Position numbers and translations under genes: made by a program
Shown: positions 37,601 to 49,600 of the stretch, in pieces
Numbering within the stretch: position 1 is the first letter of the stretch
Layout: each line of letters begins with the position of its first letter
The notes under the pieces: model-generated
Told to the model about the DNA's origin: nothing
Database searches by the model: none
Seen by the model: the letters and a program-made list of their open reading frames with translations, nothing else
NCBI GenBank assembly: GCA_044892525.1
Contig: CM097888.1
Coordinates: 46,376,001 to 46,440,000 of the forward strand
Direction: 5' to 3'
From: Schmidtea polychroa
Taxonomy: Eukaryota
Length of the DNA: 64,000 nucleotides

Positions 37601-40600
37601 AAGCAATTCTTAATATGTGTTCTGTGCTACATATATCCTACAAATATCGCAAAGCATGGGTCGTGAAAAACTCCGGAAGGGTTGAAAAAAATGGGATTTT
37701 TGAAATATCTAATAAAAAATATTTTTAAAATTTTGTTTAACTACATTTGTTAAAAACTTTACTTGAAAGGAGTTTTTTTGATTTTTTCAATAAATTTTGC
37801 TGTGTGGTGTCGATTAATTTTTTTTATTTAAAGAAAGGAGTCACAGTCAACGTTCCCTCTAAGCTGCGCGCGTGCGCGCAGCACCTCCAACTCCCCAGCG
37901 CAATATATTTAATTCAACCGTTTCATGGCAGTTGTTCCTAGTAAAAAGCACACGGAAATTGTCGATGTAAATGGACCACCAGCAGCGAAGACCGGTTATC
38001 TACTTAGTTTTCAACATAGTCGCTACAGTTATAGTTATTGTATTTAAAGGCTGCTCAGCGCAGCTGACTTTGCGCGCACTGCTGCTTATGGCTTAGAGGG
38101 AACATTGGTCACAGTCCGATAAAGTTTGCGCATCACTGCTATAGGGTATTCATATCTTCAATATAAGGGTATAAATAATTAAAATTTTGTATTTTGACTT
38201 GCGTTTTGGATTTCTAAGATTCAAAGTGGCCTTTCAGTGGTTTAAAGTTTGACAGGCTTTTAAGATTAATATATTTCATCATTCATTATTATCATTGACA
38301 ATGTTTACCTGCAACAATTATTCTTAAAATTGTTATAGCTGGACATGGTAATCAAATTGCCATTACAACAGGAAAGAGAAAAGAATATCTGTGTAGCAGC
38401 GTCCGTCCATACTTTGGAATCTCTTATTCGATCGAATCTCGGTTTGATATAAAATATTATTCCCTGCAATGCTCCGGGTAGTAAACTTCCTCTTATCAGA
38501 AGAATGCATAGAATAATGTAAGGAAAAATAGCCGTAAAATATGCGACCTAAAGGTTAATAGTGATTTGCAACAATTAATAATAATATAATTAATAAACAT
38601 AAAATTAAAAATATATAAAATCACAAAAATGTTGCATGTTAAATATGAAAAAAATTCTAAACAGGTGGTGAATTTCAGGACCAACAATTTGGTTTTACTG
38701 TCGTAGATTCTCAACAATAATACATTAAAAATCCCAAAGGAAAGAATTAAGACAATTTCCACGTGTTGGAGTAAATTTTAGTACAGAAACTCTGAATAAT
38801 AATTGTTTAGGATATTTATCAAGAAATGCTCGAGCTTGATAAAGTCTCACATAAAATTGTATCGGAACAGTTCTGTATTTGTATGTAATGTTATGTATTT
38901 AATATTATATATACACTAGCCGTATTCCCGTGCTTCGCTACAGTTATTTTTCACATTATTTTTAATTATGATTTTATACGTCAGTGACAGTGAATTATAT
39001 GTTTTCAAAAACAATCGTACATGAAAAAAATTGACAATGGACAGGTAAAAAAAACCGCGGCATTTGTAACGTCAAATTGCACCATCTACGATAAAATAAA
39101 TATTGTATTTAATATCGATATATCAAAAAAATCTCTTTTTAGTTTGCAGCTTCAACATCAAATGTAAGACCTTATAAATTTTCAACTATCTAGTTGCAGC
39201 GGTTTAGGCTATGCGAACAGAAAGCGGTGGCAAACAAACACACCCACAAACATATTTAGAGTTTTATATATTAGAAGATAAAGTAATAATGTTTATTTAA
39301 AAAGAAACGATTTAATTAACCAGTTTTACCCAAAATAATACTCAAAATCGCCCGTTGGAAATTATTTATCCGCAAATACCGTATAAACCACTTGATGACA
39401 TTTTCTAAATCAAATTTAGCTCTTTTCTATTTATTTTATTTTAAAAAAAATGATTATCAAAAACGAATTTATAATTGTTTAAATAAAGTAAAAGTAAAAC
39501 AATAAAGCAATAAAACGATAAAAAATTCTTAATAATATTGAAGTCAAATTTTTTGTTTAAATATTTTATGTAGTTGATCTTGTATTTTAAAAAATTATTT
39601 TGGTTATGATTTATTTTACTGGACAAATTCTCATCTGAACGAATTTAACCCTTTTATACGTAGTGTACAATATATTGTACACAGTTTTGTGTGCTGAATA
39701 TCTGTTGTACCTTTTCGAAAATATAATGTGAGAAGTACTTTTTAAGAAAATTGAAATTTGTTCTAGTACATTTTAATAATTAAATTATTTTTTTTATTTT
39801 TTTGCATAATTTGAGTCCCCTTACTAGGTTTGATGGTCTAGATAATTAATTTACCCACAGAATTAATTCCCGAATGAAAGGGTTAACATAAATAATTTGA
39901 TATTTAGAATGAAGTCAGTTACATTTCCAAGACATCTAGAAAATCGCAATTAATTTATGATCAACTTAATAGTTTAAAATATGAGCGATAAAAGAAACAA
40001 AAGATGGGCGTAACATTAAAATAAATAAAAAACATTATTATCAAGGCAACAACTTAGATCGCTATTTACTGAAGAGCGGTAGAATTCATGTAAAAAGCTT
40101 TAATACAATAATATCCTTCATGTACGGGAAAAAACAATTAGATGAAGTTATGATTTGCTAGTCAAGGGCTAAATCTGCGTTGAGGATATACTTACATCTA
40201 TTTGTAGAATCTAGGATATTTTTCCCTTGGATATTTCCCCCATACCTTTTCCCCCTTGTCATACCCCTCTGGACATTTCCCCCAGCCTTTTTCTTATTGT
40301 GAATTAAACATGGAAATGAAGCTTTTATAAAATTAATGCTGGAACGTGATAATTAAAACTACTATAAAATATAAAAATAGTAATATTTAAACCCATATGA
40401 AATAGAGAAATAAATAAAGGAAGTGAAATTCGGAAAATGGAGTGAATAATTTATTTTTATTGTTTGTTGATGTCTGAACTGTATCTAAATTGTTTGTGTA
40501 TTGTTATTTATTGTTTGTGGATGTATTTTCTGATTGTTTGAGTCCTGTTTATATATTTTGATTGTTTGTATTTTCTGAATGTTTAATAAATAATTTTTAT

Positions 40601-43600
40601 TTAGAAGATATATTTATGAGGTCAGAGAGTATGTTAAAATATCTAAAATTAAAAAACTAATTTAAATGAATTATTATAATAAATGCAAATTCGGACGAAG
40701 CAGGGTACAACAGCTTGTTGAATGTATTTTTGAAATTCATATCACATTTATTAAATGTTCATTTACATTTTAAACTGTCTCATAATTTTCAAGTCATCGC
40801 TCTTTTATGACCAACTGAACTGAGGATATTGCCCTTGAAATATATTTCAATTTGAATTAAATGGCGTTTTTGTATGTAACTTGTCTATTAATACAACGTT
40901 TTCATAATTATTTGCAATAGTGAATTAAAATATGTTTTAAATAATGAAATGTTAGATTCTTTTATTTTTATTAATGATATGAAAAGATGTCATTTAGAAA
41001 CTGAGAAAGAAAAACATTTTAAATGAGTTTGTTTATATCTAATTTGAAACATCAAAAAGAAACTATTGTTGTTGTTGTTATTATTATTTTTGTTGACATC
41101 AATAATTCATGCCAAGGTTAAACGAAAGCATTTTATTATTTGTTCGAAAGCTGGTTCTGCTTAAAATATACAATAAAAATTTATTGTTTTTTAAATATAA
41201 TCAAACATCACATCTTTGTCGGTATTTATTGAAGTAATAAAAGTGCAATTAATACTGATTGAAATGATTGATAATTGCAACCTTTTGCATTAGATATATA
41301 AAAGTTAGTATATACAAAGCCCATCGAATGACAGTCATAGTTGTTGTATTTACACCTAACCGCGAAATATAACATTATCTATAATCTTAAAAAAAATCAA
41401 TAAATATATATTATAGGAACACACAAACTTACCTGTGTGTAGAAATTTAATGCCGCGAAATTTAACATATTTATTATAGGAATCTAAAAAGTGAGAGAAA
41501 ATAATTAAGCATACAAGCACAGCACACATAATGAAAAATACATACAAAATTAAGTAAAGTGTTTTTCATGCGAAATTCAGATTGATTAACATATAATTAA
41601 CATATCAATATTTTTAAATTATTTAAAAAATTATGTACAAAAAACTTTTGAATCAGATTCCGACTGCTCTACGTTGAGCTTTAGGGAAAAAAAAGAAGAT
41701 ACATCGTAAGATTTAATTATAAAATAATTTGGAATATAAAATTTCTTTAGATTTACAGATATTTCACAGGACACAGTGGCTTTTTGCGAAGTTGAAGATC
41801 TGACAATGTAAGATTTATTCATTAAAATATTAAATATTAAAATATTTTACAGTATAACAGATATTTTTTTGCGTGAAGGTACCATTTCAAATATTGAAGA
41901 AGATCCTTCGACAACTTCGAATTTGTAGAAAAAAAATCGCAAATCGTAAATTTTAATAAATTATTTTAACAAATTAATATTTTCAAAGAATTACAGAAAT
42001 AGACAAAATTCGGCTTATTAATGCATTTGAAAATGGAGACAATTATAAAGAATTTGGAAGATTGCTCGGAATCCCCAAAAATTCAATTATTTCAATAATT
42101 TACAAATATAAGAAATATGCCGAAATTACAAAAAGGAAAAAGAAGTGGCAGAAAACAAATTATTTCAGAAGAACAGGGAAATAATTTGTTGGATTTTGTC
42201 GAAGCCAATTTTTATGCAACGTTAGAAGAAATGCGAATTTTCCTTTTACAACAAAATTGCTCGGCATCCACAACTGCTATTTCAAGATTTCTAAAAAATC
42301 ACTTAATAACGGTTAAAAAGGTAAGACCATGTGTGGAAGCAAGAAATAAAATAAATATAAAAATATTTAACTTACATTTTAGCGAAATAATTCCATATTA
42401 ATGCATAAAATATCATAAATTTCCTAAAAATACACCTGAAATTTAATTATTAATATATTTATAAATGATAATTATAAATGATAATTATAAATAATGATCT
42501 CATAATTATATAAAATCAAAATTCAAGTCCTAAAAATTACTTCAATTCAAAAACTTACCTTAAAATGATTTTTGAAAAATAGAATAAATGAAATTAAGTT
42601 AACATTGTCATATAATTGGTGACTCACCTCAGGTGGTGTGCACACCAACGTATATTATAGACACTGTTAACTTTCGCGGTTAGGTGTAATAAAACTTTTA
42701 ACATTCGGAACATTAAATTTTTGCACACAGGTAAGTTTGTGTGTTGCTATAATATAATTTTATCGAATTTTTTTTTAGATTATAGAAACTCTTATATTGT
42801 GTATATAATATCTTATATAATATCTTATATAATATCTTATATAATAACTTATATATAAAATCTTATATAACTCATATAATATACGTTGGTGTGCACACCA
42901 GCTGAGGTGAGTCACCAATTATATGACAATGTTAACTTAATTTCATTTATTCTATTTTTCAAAAATCGTTTTAAGGTAAGTTTTTGAATTGAAGTAATTT
43001 TTAGGACTTGAATTTTGATTTTATATAATTATGAGATCATTATTCAGTTCTTAAATATTACTATTAGTCAGCATTTATAATATTGATAATATATAACATT
43101 GATAATTAAATTTCAAGTGTTTTTTAGGAATTTTATGGTATTTTATTTGGATTTATTTCGTAAAAATGTAAGTTAGATATTTTTATAATTATAAATAAGT
43201 AAAGTAATCACCAAACATTTATTTTTTAAAGACATTTAGTAAAGAATGGATAAAATATTTTTTAAGTTTTTGTAATCTTCTTTCGAATTTTATCTATTTC
43301 TGTAATTCTATGAAAATATTAATTTGTTAAAATAATTTATTAAGATTTACGATTTGCGATTTTTTCCTGCAAATTCAAAGATGTCGAAGAACCTTCTTCA
43401 ATATCTGTAAATCTAAAGAAATTTTATATTCTAAATAATTTTATAATTAAATCTTACGATGTATTTTCTTTTTTTCCCTAAAGCTCAAGGTAGAGCAGTC
43501 AGAATCTGATTCAAAAGTTTCTTTGTACATAACTTTTTAAATAATTTGAAATCATTGATATGTTAATTATATGTTAATCAATCTGAATTTCGCATGAAAA

Positions 43601-46600
43601 ACACTTTACTTAATTTTGTATGTATTTTTCATTATGTGTACTGTGCTTGTATGCTTAATTATTTTCTCTCACTTTTTAGATTCCTATGTTAAATTTCGCA
43701 GCATTAAATTTCTACACACAGGTAAGTTTGTGTGTTCCTATAATATATATTTATTGATTTTTTTTTAGATTATAGATAATGTTATATTTCGCAGTTAGGT
43801 GTATATTTTTATATACAGTAAAACCCCGCTATAAAGTACATTAACAAAAAACTAGGAAAAAATGAAAATGAGCCGCTTCATTTATTGCAGTTTAATGAGA
43901 AAGTAAGAAAAGTGCAAGAGCACAATAATAAGTTCTTTTTTAGATTGTCGATCAATATTATGTTTTATACGTAACATAAATTTTCGGAACTGTCTTTTAA
44001 ACACTTGCAAAAGCCAATGCTGAAAGTTTAACATAAAGGCAGAACATATAAATATTATTAAAATACATTAATAATATATTAACAAGTTGACGCACTTTTC
44101 TATGTAAATAATATATTATAGTTTCTATATTAGTTTACTGATTCTATTGAATTTTTTTCGGTTTAGATGAAGTACCAAGTTGTTATCTTTGTGTGTGGTT
44201 TTTCTTTATGTGATACGTAACATACACCCTCACTTGACTTGCAACTCTTGATTGTAATAAACACACATACAGTTAAGCGTATGAAAATACTGGGTTTCCA
44301 AATTGATGCCAAAGTAATCAAATGATCAAATTGATCACAATAAACAAAATGAAATTTTTAAAAAAAATGTTTTAAATTTAAAAAATATTCCTATATATAT
44401 ATTATAATAGCGGTATCCATTTAATCTACGAAAATTCTAATCTTTCTTTTTTAATCTTTTGCTTGTCTTTATGTAGCGTATGTAGCCACACAACTAAAAT
44501 ATACCTTTATGTGAAATATAAACATCAATTTAATGCTGAATTTAATTTGCTATTTAAATAATATTAGTAAAAATTTGTTGAAAAATTTCAAAATGGAATT
44601 AATGAAAAAAATGTTACTTTCTTTTAATAAAACCCGGTTTGCGTTACTGGGGCCAAATATAATGACTTATTCACATTGTTGCAGTTTTAAGTGAAAGGAG
44701 TTCAGTTAATGAATAATTGGAAATTTTACCAACTAATTTTTTGTTTTATTCATATCACAATATAGAGACAATGAAAAAATGATGAAATGATATTACTCAC
44801 TAAATGAGACAACTTAATTTAAAATTCAACGAGTAAAACATATTAAATTAGGAATTCTATGAAGACGGTGAAAATTCAGATAGTGAGATTTATTGGCCAC
44901 ATTTCTTACATTTTAAGTTGAATATTAAATTACTTAAATTTACTAGCAAGGCTAAATGAAGAAAAACGTTTCATTGGAAATATAATAAATAATTCTAATT
45001 GTCTATTATCTCTATTTTTAATTAGAGACTTTTGGCAGCATTTTCTCAGTTATATTATGATGCCATTTTGGATATATAAATAATTAGTATATACATCATT
45101 ACATCAAGCCGTAAATTGGGGAAATATAAACAAAACATATTTCTAAATCTAATTTAAACAAGAAAGGATTAGCAACGTTTTATTGAAATCGCAATTGTTA
45201 CATGTAAGAAATTTTTATTATGCATTTACAAAATGATATATTCAATGAAAATATTTGCGTATATTATTTATTTATTATGAAAAATATTAGACTAAAGGAA
45301 AATCTAATAAAAAAACCAATGAAAATTTGGACAATTTAGTCATAAATTTAGACAAATTTATTGCAAAGTGTTATATTAGATAAAAACACGTTTATTTTTA
45401 AGGGAAATTTTCAGGGAATTTTCAATCTGTGACCGAAATTTTGGTTTACCGGTATCCATGGCAACGGCGTTGAAGGAAAATAATAGAAAAATTTAACAAA
45501 TCAGAAACGTTTTATCAATTTTCTTAGAAAATTTCCACGTGATGGCAAAAATGTTATATGAGAAGTATTAAATTGTTAATTTACCTTTCCTAGAGAATTT
45601 ATTCCCTTCAACAACACAGCTAATACGACTATCCAAGCTAAGAGCAAACACAGGCAAAGTTTCCACTGAGGAGCTCCAAGGTCCAAAATTCCTCCGGATA
45701 TATTTAAAACATTTTTNNNNNNNNNNNNNNNNNNNNNNNNNNNNNNNNNNNNNNNNNNNNNNNNNNNNNNNNNNNNNNNNNNNNNNNNNNNNNNNNNNNN
45801 NNNNNNNNNNNNNNNNNNNNNNNNNNNNNNNNNNNNNNNNNNNNNNNNNNNNNNNNNNNNNNNNNNNNNNNNNNNNNNNNNNNNNNNNNNNNNNNNNNNN
45901 NNNNNNNNNNNNNNNNNNNNNNNNNNNNNNNNNNNNNNNNNNNNNNNNNNNNNNNNNNNNNNNNNNNNNNNNNNNNNNNNNNNNNNNNTGAATAAATCTA
46001 TTATGCGAATAAAACAATTAAAGAATTATAATGGATTCCTGCTCTAAATTTGTCCGCAACAATGCCCTCAGAAACGGCAGTAACAATTATTGAATTGATA
46101 TAATATGCTTTATTAAAATCTAGCAATTTGTACTTTTATAAATGCACTTTATTGAATATTTATAATTTTAAATTTACAGTTGAATGACTGGTAGGACTTC
46201 TTAGATAATCTCTTTGTTTCTTTCTTTTTTATGAAATTCATTTTACATTTTATTGAAACATTTGATAAAAGTGAAACTAATAAATGGCTGCCAGCTACTT
46301 TAACAGTCCCAACCATTCATGTTAATGCAGATATTCCCTACCAAAATCAAAGTTTCTGATACATCATTCAGAGAAAAAAAGAATTGATTGGCAAACGTAA
46401 ATACACAATTACGAGCACTTCCATAGGATTTCCATAAGATTAGGACAAATACAAAATATGTAAAATAGCAACATGATAATTTCGAGTTGTCTTCTAAAAA
46501 TGTAAAATTTCGATTATATAATAAAAATGTGAATATATTATATTTTAAATAAATATTCAAACCGGCAGTCTCTAATGTTATTTTAAATTTTTACAAACTT

Positions 46601-49600
46601 TGTTAAAAAATATTACAGTAAAAAAAACCTAATATTATATGATTAATGAGAGATTATCACATTTCGCTAAATATTTAAAATGAAGACTATATTGTCAAAT
46701 AAATTTAATTGTAAATTAAAAAATAAATTCATTTAAACAAATAATTAAAAACTTAAATAAAAATCTAATAACTCAAACAAATAAATTTAAAATTAATTAA
46801 AATTAAAAATATTTTTTTTTATTTATTTGTTTAAATAAATTCATTTTTATTTAATCTTGTTTAAAAAAGCCTACAAATAAATTATTCGATAATAGAGCCT
46901 AAAATTAATTTTTTCAATCAAAAAACCCTTTCGTCACACTATAGTACCAGGCATTTTGTACAAAGAATTGTAGTCTAAAGATGTTTATTAATGTACAATT
47001 ACTCCCACCTCCAGATATGTTTTTGCACAGAGTAAACGTTTCTATGGGCAATGTTACTAAACAGATTTTCCAGTTTAGAATTCCATCCGTTGGTAATATT
47101 ACAGACACTCTCCACTAATTAACGACTTTGATTATTAAAAGATCAAAAATTTAACTTTGTATATTGTGTTGGGTTATTGAGTTGGTGATAAAATTTAATG
47201 TTACTCTGACTCCAAGCGTGTCTTTATATAATTCACAAATAACACTTGACAATAGAAATCTTTATTGATAATCACAAATAAACTTTCACTTGACACTGAC
47301 AATAAATTCAACACTCTGTTGGGTGACTATACAGTGCTTATTGCAACACTCGGTGAGGAATAGCACTTGTGTATAACACCGGATTAAAGGATCACAAATT
47401 ACTGATTGGTTTCTAAACTGGGATTTTGAGCTGGTTGTTTTCTTTGACTTTCTTTCAAACTTTATTCAAGTAATCAATAACTTCTTTTCGTTTTATTATT
47501 CAACTAATTTTGCTCTTCAACTTTTCTCCAATTATTTTCCACAATTATTTCCTTTACAATTATCTTGACAATCGTTTGTCCAACAACGTTTCGTCCAACG
47601 TCTGATTTTCTCCAATAATTATTTTCTCAAATCGTATCTCAATTCGTCTTCCAAATCGTCTCTAATTTTCCCTCTAAATTTGTCGTCTCTTTTGTTCCCC
47701 TTTTTGTTCTAATTTCATGTTCACCAGTTTTCCCTTATATAGTTTGCTTCTCTTGTGGCACTCCAGATAATCGAGTGTTTTTCCACTTTCCATCTCCTGC
47801 TTTTCCTGACTGTCCCATTTTTATCTCTGACAGCTGTCAAGTTGTTTTTCCCTTTTTCCTTTCTTGTTTGGCCGCCTTCTCCCATCAATTCTATTATCAC
47901 TCGCAAGCTGTCGAGATAAGGATATTGTTGTTTTCCTTTTTCCCTGATTTCAAAATTCCTTTTTCCTTTTTGTACTAATTAATTAGTACTGACCTTGATT
48001 TTTATTTTCCTGTTTGATAACTTTTATTTCCTTTCCCTTTCTCATTTTTGATTTCTTTTCACTTCCCTTTTCTTTTCTAAGTCTCTATAGATCGTCCCGT
48101 TTGTCATGGCGACCTTCCCCCAGGTAATTTTATTTATTTCTTCATGAATTATTATTTGGGTATCCTCAACAATTGTATTGTTTTCTCAATGTATTTTTTA
48201 TACTTACAATAAAAATTGCATTTTCACATTCTCATTTTCAAAGAGAAATCTCCAAAAAATTCCTCCCAAAGGCTCATAAGAGATAAAAGCCGCAATGAAG
48301 GTCTATTGTATGGTCATTCTAATACATAATTTTTCTTTATATTTTTATATTCTTTATTTGGTAATAAATTAAACATATAAAAATAATTAATTACTATTTG
48401 AAAAAGTTCAAGCTTGTTGAAACTTTAAAGTGTTGTCTCCCAGTTTAATTGTCTGAATAGATTTATGCGCGTTGTTTGATTTTTATTTTCAAGGATCTTC
48501 ATAACTGTAAGTAATAAATCAGAACAATTTTAAAAGTATTCTCATTGAGTAAATTTAGAGGCCTTCTATCAAAAGAAGTTGAATAAAAACAAATTTAAAG
48601 AAAAGTTAAAAATAAATTGTTTGTTGTTTTGTTTTAATAAATTCACTCAAAAAGCTTTTTTTTCATTTAAATGTTGGTTTTTAATAGAAAATCACCAACT
48701 AAGTGTATTAAAATAAAGCATTACTATATATTTCGACCGTTTACCAGTCTTCTTCAGGCTAGGAATCCTATTAATAACAACTAAATGAAAATAAGAATAT
48801 TCAAACAAATTAATCAATAATAATCGTAATCAAATTGTATCAAACTAAAAAATATTTTAATAAAATTTTTCTTCTTATTGAAAATAAAAAACATTGTTTT
48901 AATCATATAAAAATTATTATTTTAATTTTTAAAAAAACGCACAAAATTGTTAACATTCTCTTACAAAAAATCTTTTAAATTAATATAAAAAATTAAGTTC
49001 AATTTAAATTTAAAAATTAGTTTCATACAAAAAAATTTAACAAACAACAATATCATCCAACAATATCATATACAATGTTAAATTATTTAAATACATTCAA
49101 AATCCCAGTAGACTGGACACTTTGAATATTAATTATAGGATTTAAAGATCGAATTAGCAACACCTCAAACTTTACTTGTTCTCATAAAAGAAAAGAAAAA
49201 AGATGGCAAAAAATATAAGTCATCATAAAGAAAAATGTGGTTGAATTATCATATGAAGAATCAAAATTAGTATTATGTAAATAATTATGACTTTAATTTA
49301 CATACGAGATAGACATAATCAAATCAACCGAATTGAATTGTATATTTCAAAATAATTGGATAAAATATTACGGAAATATCATGATTAAAAATATGTGTTA
49401 AAAATATTAGTTTTTTTTTAATTAATGAACTTTTTGGATTTTTTCGAAAATTATTTTGTGATTCTGTTTGTTTAAATTTGTGATTTCAGATTTATGAAAA
49501 GTTGTGTAAAATTTAAAAATAAATGATTTTGCAAATTTATAAGTTAATTTATAAGTTAAATTTATTTAAATATCTTCAATTCCATATTAATTACTCTTAT

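Noticed and set aside
42795-42885. Resemblance to a spliced-leader exon (TATATAAAATCTTATAT)
   Set aside because: It is a 12-bp low-complexity tandem repeat with no adjacent donor or Sm site.
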